DNA of 63,580 nucleotides, filler included. It is 6 parts of 6 records of this genome, joined end to end, with 100 filler letters (N's around TTAATTAATTAA, not from the genome) between each part and the next. Parts side by side here need not be neighbours in the genome. Positions count along the whole stretch, not along the records: positions 46,401 to 53,727 come from SRR2962707_1366; positions 53,828 to 63,580 come from SRR2962707_1370; 4 more parts are not named here. One strand, 5' to 3'. Under the pieces are notes generated by a model, which saw only the letters and a program-made list of their open reading frames with translations, did not search any database and was not told where the DNA came from. Made by a program: the position numbers and the translations under genes. Of this stretch, positions 49,584-60,000 are shown one piece after another; position 1 is the stretch's first letter; the number at the start of each line of letters is the position of its first letter.

Positions 49584-51662
49584 TTACCCCTTCAATACGA
49601 TGTCGATACAGCCGTCGGGCTGGCGGATTGCATCCCGGCTTGCGGGCACGATGATGGTGGTTTCATCCTCGACAATCGCGACGGGGCCAGCGGCCCGTGC
49701 GCCCGCGGCCATGTCAAAGCGTTTCACAATCTGCGCGTCGAGATATTTGCCAGCGGCTGCGTCAAAGATCTGACGATCACCCGCGCTTGTCGCTATGCCA
49801 GCACCGGTCGTTTCGCCAATACGCGCAACCTTTTCAGGCGGCGTTGTGGCGTTGACGGACCAAACGGTGATCTCGATATCCATGCCCGCGACCGGACGAC
49901 CAAACAGCTTGGAATAATCCTCGACAAACCGCGCCTCAAAGGTCGCAGCATCGGGGTTCATCGCCTGTTCTTCCGTCAGATCAATCGGGATTTCCCAACC
50001 TTGGCCTGTATAACGCATGTAGACCTTGAACTCGGACAGGATCGGGCTGACCTCATCACAGGTACGAACAAAGCCCGTTGCTTCGGTTTTCAGATCAGTG
50101 AGCAGCGATTTGATCTTTGCGCCGTCAAAATCGCTGAGCTTCATGTAAACCGAGCGATTGGCCTCAAAGCTGAAAGGCGCACGCAGGAACCCGATGGCAG
50201 ACCCGACGCCGGCACCCTCCGGCACCAGCAAACGGTCGACGCCCAGCTTTTCACACAAACGGCCAGCATGGAGCGGAGCGGCACCACCGAAGGCGATCAT
50301 GGTGTATTCCGAGAGGTCTTCACCATTCTCGACCGCGTGCACACGGGCCGCATTCGCCATGTTTTCGTCGACCACTTCAGCAACGCCAAAGGCGGCTTCA
50401 ACGGCGTCCATATCAAGCGTGTTACCCACGTGATCCAACAAGGCAGACTTGGACTCATTAGGGTGCAGTTTGATCGAGCCACCTGCAAAATTGTCAGGGT
50501 CAAGCTTGCCAAGAACTAAATCGGCGTCCGTGACCGCAGGGCGCGCGCCGCCCCGACCGTAGCAGGCTGGGCCCGGCTCGGATCCCGCACTTTCCGGCCC
50601 GACGCGAATTTGGCGCATGGCATCAACATGGGCGAGCGAACCGCCACCGGCGCCAATCTCGACCATATCAATCACAGGGATCGAAATGGGCATGCCTGAC
50701 CCCTTCTTGAACCGGTACGTGCGTGCAACTTCAAAGACGCGAGAGGTCTTCGGTGTTTGGTTCTTGATCAGGCAAATCTTGGCCGTGGTGCCGCCCATGT
50801 CGAACGACAGGACCTTGTCCAACCCGTAACGCGCCGCGATGTGAGCCGCGAATACAGCGCCCCCCGCAGGTCCGGATTCGACCAAACGCACCGGAAAGTC
50901 AGCCGCATTCTGGATCGAGATGATCCCGCCCCCAGAATGCATCAGGAAGATGCGGCACGCCACGCCTTCGGCTTTCAACCGGTCTTCAAGACGGCCCAGA
51001 TAGGACGCCATCAGCGGTTTGATATAGGCGTTTGCGACAACGGTGTTGAAGCGCTCATATTCGCGCATCTGCGGGCTGACCTCGGACGAGATCGACACCG
51101 CGACGTCTGGCAGTTTCTCAGCCAACACTTCACGCACTAGTTCTTCATGTGCGGGGTTCAGGTACGAATGGATCAACCCGACAGCGACGCTTTCAAAACC
51201 GGCTTTGGCGATCTTGTCCACGACGGCCTCAACCTCGGCGCGATCAATGTCCACCAACACACGACCATTGGCATCCACACGGCCCCCAACGGTAAATCGC
51301 ATCTGACGTGGCAGCAGCGGATCGGGCAGGTTCAGGTTCAGGTCATACTGCTCAAACCTGCTTTCCGTGCGCATCTCGATCACATCGCGGAACCCTTCGG
51401 TCGTGATCAACGCCGTCTTGGCACCGCGCCGCTCAATCAACGCATTGGTGGCAAGGGTCGTGCCGTGGATGATCTGATCAACCTCGCTCGGATCAACACC
51501 GGCCTTCGCACAAACCTGATGCATCCCGTCGATAATCGCATTCTCAGGTGCCGCATATGTTGTCAGAACCTTGGTCGAAAAAACCTCTGTGCCTTTTTCC
51601 AAGACAACGTCGGTAAATGTGCCGCCGATATCGACGCCAAGGCGGATGGATGTCGCTGCCAT
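49584..51662 (-). CDS. Hydantoinase A/oxoprolinase family subunit
   Basis: DIGGTFTD, HGTTLATNA, EYER, ESGPAGG, DMGGTT, GAGGGS, FGGA. Confidence 0.94.
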   Translation of the reverse strand: MAATSIRLGVDIGGTFTDVVLEKGTEVFSTKVLTTYAAPENAIIDGMHQVCAKAGVDPSEVDQIIHGTTLATNALIERRGAKTALITTEGFRDVIEMRTESRFEQYDLNLNLPDPLLPRQMRFTVGGRVDANGRVLVDIDRAEVEAVVDKIAKAGFESVAVGLIHSYLNPAHEELVREVLAEKLPDVAVSISSEVSPQMREYERFNTVVANAYIKPLMASYLGRLEDRLKAEGVACRIFLMHSGGGIISIQNAADFPVRLVESGPAGGAVFAAHIAARYGLDKVLSFDMGGTTAKICLIKNQTPKTSRVFEVARTYRFKKGSGMPISIPVIDMVEIGAGGGSLAHVDAMRQIRVGPESAGSEPGPACYGRGGARPAVTDADLVLGKLDPDNFAGGSIKLHPNESKSALLDHVGNTLDMDAVEAAFGVAEVVDENMANAARVHAVENGEDLSEYTMIAFGGAAPLHAGRLCEKLGVDRLLVPEGAGVGSAIGFLRAPFSFEANRSVYMKLSDFDGAKIKSLLTDLKTEATGFVRTCDEVSPILSEFKVYMRYTGQGWEIPIDLTEEQAMNPDAATFEARFVEDYSKLFGRPVAGMDIEITVWSVNATTPPEKVARIGETTGAGIATSAGDRQIFDAAAGKYLDAQIVKRFDMAAGARAAGPVAIVEDETTIIVPASRDAIRQPDGCIDIVLKG

Positions 51663-51742
51663 CTTGGGCTCCTACTCCGGATTACCCGCGCAGGTGGCCC
51701 CAATTATGTCAAATAATCAAATCGATTAAATTTCTCACCCCG

Positions 51743-51757
51743 ATCAATTTTAGTGAT
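51743..51757. promoter_or_regulatory. Candidate LysR box (ATC-N9-GAT) upstream of the hydantoinase operon
   Basis: ATCAATTTTAGTGAT is a T-N11-A dyad in an AT-rich 95-bp gap. Confidence 0.55.
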
Positions 51758-52657
51758 CTAAGCGGATTGCATCGCGACCTTCGCAATCTGGGCCGCTTTT
51801 TCAACATATAGTGCAGCACGTGCAGGGGCGTAGCGTGCGAAGAACGACAAAGGCTCGGGGTGCCAATCGGCATCAATTATATGCAGATCGCCAGCGGCAA
51901 CTTCGGCCTCCACAAGCCGCTCTGGCAATAAAGCGACCCCCAAACCCTCAAGCACCATGGGAACACAGGCCGACAGGGCACTTGAATGAACAATCCGTTC
52001 ACTACGCAGGCCACGCGCTGTCGCGATGCTTTGAAGTGCCGCACAGGCCTGTGTGTGCTTTGCATGCGTTAAAACTGTCAGATCAAAAAGTTCAGTTAAG
52101 GAAGGTGCCGCACTGACGTGCCGGATCAAATCCGAGTTCGCGACCCAACAATAGTGTTCTTGTCCCAACGCGTCGCTTGCGAACGCTTCCGACGTAAAGG
52201 GCCCTGTTTGGAGCGCCAAATCCAGTCGGCCTTCCATCAATCGGGCGTCAATCGTCGTCGAAAGGTCAACTTCAAGCTGGATACGCAGCTTGGGATAGGC
52301 CTCGCGTATTAACCGCAAGAACCCCTGCAGCCAAGTACAGGCCACCAATTCCGTCACGCCCAGCCTCAAGGTTTCTTCGATCAACTCCTGACGGCCGGCT
52401 TCTTGGATAAGTGCTTCCCCGGCCCACAGAACCTCGCGTGTCTTTCTGAGTAACTTCTCGCCATTTTCAGTCAAACGAACCGACCCTGCATCGCGTATCA
52501 GCAAAGTTTCATTGAGCGCCGCTTCAAGTGCCGCGATGCGCGCCGAGATATTGGGCTGGGTGGTCCCAAGCGCCGACGCAGCAGCCCGAAATGTGCCTGT
52601 ATCGACGACAAAGGCGAATGCCTCAAGCTGCTTAAGGGTTATACGGCTTTTGATCAT
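51758..52657 (-). CDS. LysR family regulator
   Basis: LKQLEAF...GTFRAAASALGTTQPNISARIAALE...LTENG HTH; GLGVALLP. Confidence 0.93.
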   Translation of the reverse strand: MIKSRITLKQLEAFAFVVDTGTFRAAASALGTTQPNISARIAALEAALNETLLIRDAGSVRLTENGEKLLRKTREVLWAGEALIQEAGRQELIEETLRLGVTELVACTWLQGFLRLIREAYPKLRIQLEVDLSTTIDARLMEGRLDLALQTGPFTSEAFASDALGQEHYCWVANSDLIRHVSAAPSLTELFDLTVLTHAKHTQACAALQSIATARGLRSERIVHSSALSACVPMVLEGLGVALLPERLVEAEVAAGDLHIIDADWHPEPLSFFARYAPARAALYVEKAAQIAKVAMQSA

Positions 52658-52868
52658 ATTCGGTGCTTTGATAAAAATGATTGATGGTCAAGGTAGCTGT
52701 TCTTTTGAAGCGAACAAAGCTCTTTCAGAGCCTTTGCAGGTCTGATGTTGAAATTGTTGAACTTACCCCTAAGCCGTGGCTCGTGGTTCACGCAGCATCA
52801 TGTGATATGATGTCTTGTCAGCGTCGGGTTGTCGATGTGGGAGGGCATGATGGATCGGAGGATCAGTC

Positions 52869-53501
52869 ATGCAAACACCAAACTTACCCGCCATTCGCGC
52901 GCTTCGCCCAGCCTGGAACAAGGGCCGCATCGTCGGTCAGAAACGACCGCTCAAGCCCAAACATGTCTGGGCGATCAGGGTTCGGCTGGAGCTGGCCGAG
53001 AACCACCGCGATCTGGCACTGTTCAATCTGGCCATCGACAGCAAGCTACGCGGCTGTGATCTTGTTAAAATGAAAGTTGTCGATGTGATGGCGTCCGGCC
53101 AGATCAAGGAACGTGCGTCCGTTTTGCAAAGCAAGACTCAGAAGCCTGTACGCTTCGAAATCTCCGAAGGCGCACGGGCGTCGCTCGACAGATGGATACA
53201 AGACCCGCTGATGGTAGGATCCGAGTATCTTTGGCCCGGCCGTTTTCATGAAAGGCTTCACATCTCAACTCGCCAGTATGCGCGGATAGTTCGTGACTGG
53301 GTGACGTCCATTGGACTGGAGGCGAGCGCACACGGCACGCATTCGATGCGGCGCACAAAGGTGACACAGATCTATAAGAAGACCGGCAATCTGCGTGCCG
53401 TCCAACTGCTGTTGGGACATACCAAGATGGATAGTACTGTCAGATACCTTGGCGTTGAGCTTGAAGATGCGTTGGCTATCTCCGAAGCCATCGAAATCTG
53501 A
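52869..53501 (+). mobile_element. Short tyrosine recombinase/integrase (210 aa, essentially catalytic domain only)
   Basis: DSKLRGCDL (R), QSKT (K), THSMRR (HxxR), LLGH and TVRYLG (Y): catalytic set intact. Confidence 0.88.
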
Positions 53502-53727
53502 ACGTTTGGGCCGTCTTCACGGACGGCCCGAAGTGGCCATAGGGGGCTGCCACGCCCCCTAACTGACGTGGCCGGATGGCCGGGTTTTACGCAATTTCCG
53601 GGGAAATGTCGCGCAGCTGCCACATCGCACCGCACGTAAGTACCGGTAAATGAACAATACATTTACAGCGGGGGGAAAGTGTGCTTTTTGTCGCCTCGCT
53701 TGAAGACCTGTGGCGATCAGACCGACG

Positions 53728-53827
53728 NNNNNNNNNNNNNNNNNNNNNNNNNNNNNNNNNNNNNNNNNNNNTTAATTAATTAANNNNNNNNNNNNNNNNN
53801 NNNNNNNNNNNNNNNNNNNNNNNNNNN
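53728..53827. other. Artificial contig spacer
   Basis: N-run with TTAATTAATTAA. Confidence 0.99.
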
Positions 53828-53852
53828 TCTCTCTCTCTCTCTCTCTCTCTCT
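53828..53852. repeat. (TC)n microsatellite at contig start
   Basis: tctctc... directly after the spacer. Confidence 0.95.
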
Positions 53853-54052
53853 TCGTTTCTGTCGTTCTTTCTTTCGTTTTCCTTGTCAGTGCGTGGACGT
53901 CACCTCAACAACAACAAGTCAATGCAGTAAACGATTTTTCTCCTCCTCTGCTCGTTCTTGGGCACAGGAGGGGCAGCTGCACTACGACTCAGCCTGTACG
54001 AGCTGTGGGTTGCAGCGTTGCTACAGCACACACACACACACACGGCTGAGAC

Positions 54053-57000
54053 ATGTTGCCAAGCATTCGGAAGCACAGGCATGCAGGAGGCATGCGGCCT
54101 GTGGGTGTGGCTGAGCGCGCAACTCCAGGCGCTGGCAGCGGTGGAGTTGAGACGCCTTCGTCTAAAACCAAAGCTGCTCCTGTTACAGCAGCAGCAGCCG
54201 CCGCAGCAGCAGCAGGGCCACGGCGAGCGCACGCGAAAAAAAAGCGCAGCGGCAGCGGCAGCCCCAAACGCTGCTCCCGCCTTCCTGCCGAGAAAACGAA
54301 TTGGGCATTCGAGTTGATGAAAGCATGCATGGATGGCAATGCGGAACGTGTCCGCAGCATTGTGGAGACGGGAAGTGTGGATGTCAATGCACCCTTTCAC
54401 AGTAAGCTGTTGGCAGAGTCAGCGGCAGGGAGCTCGCCATCGTCGTCATCATCGTCGTCGCCTCTCGCCATTGCTGCCATGAACGGCGACGTGAATCTGT
54501 TCAAGACGCTGCTTCACCTCGGGGCTAATCCGTCCGTCGAAGCCCTCCAACACATTGAGGATGTTTGTGTTGCTCAGGCACGACAAAGCACCGGTGGCCA
54601 CATGAATATCCTGCAAATTATACACGGCCGGCGCTGTATTACACCCCACAGGGGCCTGGTGGCTGAGCGACGCGTGGGGAAATTTCGAGCTCGCCTTGCC
54701 CCAATAGGAACGGAACGGGTGCAAAAAATTGCTGTGCCAAGCGGTGCTGATGCTGGCCGAATGCTGCGCTATTTCGTCCTGAATCGTGACTACGAAAGTG
54801 CGAAACGGCTGTTGTGCACGGGCATCGATGCCAATTTTTCTGACGCGGATGGAGTGGATGCAATGACGATCGCAGTTTACGGCTCTCCGAATCAGCCCGA
54901 CATGGTGATGCTGCTCATGAGTTTCGGCGCCAAGTCGCGGATAATCACACCCACGCTTCAAAAACGAGTGAACAAACTCGTTCGGGAACACCGGAAGGTG
55001 CATCAGCCCCAACGCCGAACGAAGAAGACAATTGATCATGGCTTCGTGAATCGTGATAACCCGTTCTTTGTGGACCCACACAATCTGCAGACAGGAGTGC
55101 ATCATACCGCTCTCACAGATAGTGACAGCGACGGTGACCACGGAAGCACAACAGTTAACGGGTCAACGAGCCAGGCGACATCAAGCACTACCACGCTTCC
55201 ACAACTTTTCCCGTCTGTGAAAAAGAAAAAGAAGCGGACACGACGCAAGCCTCCAGGAGCAGCCTATGCAACTGCGGTGGGCGCGGATCCCTACGCTGTT
55301 GCCAGCTTACCGTCCATTCCCAAAACTCGGGTCCCAAGGATGGAACCAACAGACCTTGGAGTTCTATCGCAGCGAATTGAAGATTGGCGCGAGGCTGAGG
55401 CCAGTTTCAAGACCAAAGTCGTTCAGAATGACGTTGCAGCCATGGTTGCCAAGGCGAATGAGGAATTGCGCAAGCGCGGCAAGCTGCCTCCCACGTCCGC
55501 TTCCAGCACGTCGCCTAAGAAAAAAAAGAAAAAGAAAAAGCACAAAAAGAAAAGCAGCGACGACGCAAGTGCAACACAGGTTGCCGCGGCAGAATCTTCA
55601 GATGCGACGACTGACGTGAGCGCCCGTGGTGCAGATGCGGTAGCCACGACACGTGGAGACAGTGCAGGTAGTGCTAAAGAGCGACTGTGGAATGCAGTGC
55701 TGAGGCCAGACTCTCGAAATCTTCTCGAAGAATCTCAGGAAACTGAAAAACAGAGACGAAAGCGCTTGCAACGCGAGCGTCGACGTCAATTTCTCCAAGA
55801 AGAGGCTGCAAAGCGGTTGCAGCACGCTCACGAGGCAGCATTAGCTGCCAAGGCGTCCTTCCTCAAAGCTCAAGAGCGGCGCGCAGCCAAAAAGGTTCCC
55901 CTGCAACCGGCGGAATTTCGCGGCAAGAGCACGACACAGTCAGAAAGGAGAGGTGGAACTCTTCGTGGTAAACAGAGCCAAATTCGCGCACTGGGGGCAG
56001 CAGCTGCAGCTCTCGGAACCGGCATTGATGATATCAGCAACGGCGAGAAAGAGACGGGGCAAGAGGGTGGGAGTCGTGCAAAGAAGAGAAAGAAGAAGCG
56101 TCGGAAAGTGAACGCTGCACGAGCCCAGATGCGCGCGGTCGCACGTCTTTCGAAACGGAGTGACGAACTGGAGGAGGAGAAGACCAGGCAGAAAAGGTCT
56201 TCGCCACGGTACGTGATACTATTTGGCCTTCCAACAACGCAATAACGCCCACGTTTCTTCGCAAATTGCTAATGTGCTTCGTGGTGCTCGAACTAGATCC
56301 AAGAAGAAAACGGCTTTTGCAGTTGCAGTCTTTGCCAAAAACAAAACCACCGCAACTGCAGCCGCAGATGATCATGGAGTAGCTGTGATGTCTCCGGCCG
56401 ACATCATTGATGCTGGATCCACTTCACTAAGCGAGTGCATTCGACAACTTCACAAAAAGCCGCATCTGCATTGGGTGATGCGTCGATTGCATAACAACGA
56501 GCTATATGGCTCTTTTGTGCATTGGCGATCCATACTTCCTGATTCGTCTCGTGCAGTTAGGACAGAACAAGCCAACACAAGGTCCAGGAGTGTGCGCAAG
56601 GTTCGGCAACGGCGTGCCGCGCAGTGGCGGAGAGCTGTAGGTCAGCACCTATTCCGCTCCCAGGAACTGGCCACCGATGCCTGGAAGCGGGCAGTGGGCC
56701 AGCACCTCTTCCGCTCCCAGGAACTGGCCACTGATGCCTGGAAGCGCGCAGTGGGTCAGCACCTCTTCCGCTCTCAGGAACTGGCCACTGATGCCTGGAA
56801 GCGGGCAGTGGGTCAGCACTTGTTCAAGGCTCAAAGCGCTACTACTGCACTAACCACTGTTGCAACGGCCGTGCCCACTTCGTCACCGACGGCATCTTCA
56901 TCGGATAGCTGTCACGCTGACCGCAACGACCCGGCAAGCAACTGGAGACAGTGTGTGGGGCAATTTCTGTTTCCGAGAAAATTGAAACCCCACTCCAAGC

Positions 57001-60000
57001 GCGGAGATGCTCAGCAGACTTTCGCTTTGGCGGTGTCAACGCTACAAATGATGGCGAGGAGCTTATTGGCACGCGAGGCGTATGCTGCGCGGGTGCGGGT
57101 TCCGCCAGCTATCGCAATTGTGCAGAACCATGCTCGTGCTGTGTTGGTGCGAAGGCAATTGGCACAAAGGGCTGGCCTGACGGTCATTCAAAGCTTTGCT
57201 CGTGCCCGAGCGGCACGTGTACACATGGCAGCGACACACGTTCAAAGCTTTCTTCGAGCTTTCCGGGCCACACGGTCTTTCCACGCAATGAAGTGGGTTG
57301 CTCGAGTGCTTCAACGACGACTGCGCCGTGTCCGCGAGAGGCTAGCTGTACAGAAGCAGGCAGCGTTTGAGGCACGGACTTCAGTTGTTATTCAATCGGC
57401 AGCTCGGGCATTGCTGTTCCGCCAAGCAATAAGCGCCAGACGCAGCCGCTGGGAGCAGCCAGTTAAAGCAGTTCAGCAGGTGCTGAAGTGGAGCGAGCAC
57501 GCCGCTTTTGACGCAGCCCGACTATTCGAGCACTTGTCACCAGTCGATCATGCGAACTGGACAGTGTCCGTTCAACGGTCTGTGTTGTGTGTGCTTTGTG
57601 TTTTACCTGCGAATTGTGAGAGCTCTGGCCTGCCATCACCTTCTCGTCTCGTTTTGTAGATACATGGACAGTCTACGCGAAGAAGTGAACCCGCTTCGAG
57701 CCAAGCTGCGAGTCGTGGCATCTCGAGCGACCCAGGCTTATCAAGCACTGCTGCATTTTGATAGCTTTGAGCCAGAGCCTCTTCGTTCAGGAGGCGATCC
57801 CGATTACGCAGCGCTTTGGAGGGTGGTTGGTACATCGTGTATCGCGGTGCAGCAGCTCGGATGGGAGATCGAGTCCATCGTAGTGCGCCTGACCCTGAGG
57901 AGGTTCTTCGTGATCGGCGAGGTGTCAGCTTTACATGCCCGTCACCTTCTGTACTTGAAAACCTACTCCATGCAACTAGACGACATTGCTGAATGTGACA
58001 TCCCAGAGATGCCATATAGCGAGCTCGAAGATGCTGCAGATTCCATGGACCAGCAAGTGGAAACGCTTGAAAAGTGCGTGGCCGACAAAGTTTTTGCGAC
58101 TGTGCCAAGACCTTGTTTATATGTTTTTTGTTTGCGGCTTAACGCTTGTAATGCGTGGTGTGCATATCACTTTTTGCCTGCACTACGTGCCAACAGCTAT
58201 CTTGACGAACTTGAAATCCGAGTTGACGACCCCGCCAGCGAATACAGTATCTACAGCATCGAGGAACTTGTCGATGTCTTTTCTGACGCGGACGCCGAAA
58301 TGGAGCTGCTTCGCAGCTCCAAGTTTGAGGATTTCCGTCGTATCTACCCGCACAGTCGCTTGGAAGATGTGCTGCAACAAGTAACGGATGTGCTTGCAGA
58401 CAATGATGAAACCATGATGGAGGCGACCCTCCTCCACATTGAGGAAATGAGCTGGATGAACATGCTCAATGTGTTGTGCACGCGGATTATCCAACCGACG
58501 GTGCTTTTGATATTCTACCTGCAGTACGTTACGCAAGGCCTCACTGGCGATCACCATGCGCCTTCTACGCCTTTGGCATCGGAATTCGAGGCAGCACTCA
58601 CGGACCTGAAGACAGCTTTTGAGGAACTGGCGTCTCGAGTGCACGAGTTGTGGCACGGAGAATTGGGATCGCACGCGGAACAATTTGCAGAGTCGGAGAC
58701 TCTCACGGTATTGGTCGAGCAACTTCAAGATGCCTCACTTGCAGCGTTTGAAGCCACGGCGTCTCTTCGAGAAGACAGATACAGCCCACGAAGGCGTGCA
58801 AGCTCCAACCACCACAAGCCACCGTGGCATTTCCACTTGCGTATTCCTCAGCGTCACTCGCCTGCCTTCAATGTCCAAAACGCACGCCCGACGCCAGAAG
58901 CACTGCAAAAGCTGAAAGAGCGCCAGCAAATCCGTGCCGAGCCACTGGACTTAGCTTTGACCCTGACAGAAGCTGTTCAAAAAGCTGTGGAAACTGCAGA
59001 AGACTTTTTAGAGGACGAAGACACAGACACTCTCTTGGACTTGCAGGCGAGAGCGATGTTTTTAGAGAGCAAAGGCCACTCAATCACTTTGTTCATTGAT
59101 CGATCACAGCTGTCGGTGCTCTCAACATTGGCGCGAGCGGCCCTGGACGGGGTTGTGGGAAGCGTTGGTACAGATTTCGTAGCTGATAAGTTCGGGGCCT
59201 CAATTTTTGGCTTTGAGACGGGGAATATTGAAATTGCTGGATGGCGGCCGAAAGGTCTTTTCGAGATTATGAAGTTTAAGGCCGATACGTTGGCTCTCTC
59301 TGCTGGCGCAGCCTTTCGAAGCGGGCTTCGCATTGGTGACATTATATGCGCTGTGAACGGCGAGGCGGTATCATCGGTTCGCCAAATCGATGCGTTAACG
59401 CGACCGCTGGCGTCGCTTGCTCGACCCAACGCGTCGCGTGTGTCGATAACAGTGTTGCGGGCACAACATGACGACCATGATCTGTTGCATCACCGCTTCG
59501 TCAAGAAGGTGGCCGAGCAGATTCGCGACGAAGTTGCAGCTGCTGCGGCGATGCAATGGCACCAGGCCCACGCTAATGAGGTGTCTGCAGCGCGACTAAT
59601 CCAAGCAGCTGCTCGAGGCCAGCTTGCGAGGCGAGCTGCTGCACAGCGCCGCATGTTCTTGCAGCACGAGGCCGCTGCTTCTGCATCGGCGGTCAAGCTT
59701 CAATCCCTGCAGCGTGGACGCACTGCCCGTGAAGACGTACGTAGTCTACTTGCACGATTCCATCGGCAAGCACGTGCTGCCCAACCCATTCAGGCGTTGT
59801 TTAGAGGGCATTTGGCCCGAAGGTTTGTTGTCGAACGCCAGCACCGGCTGTGCCAAGAAACGGCAGCGGTACTGTTCCAGACTTCAGCGCGGCGGTTCCT
59901 TGCTCGTGCATACTCGGATAACCTCAGGAATGCAAAAGCTCTTATGGACAATGCCACAGCAGTGGATCATGCGGCGGTCATGGTGATGCAAAATGCTGTC

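Noticed and set aside
56625-56825. Possible CRISPR array
   Set aside because: Contiguous in-frame units with no unique spacers, inside a eukaryotic exon, and no cas genes.
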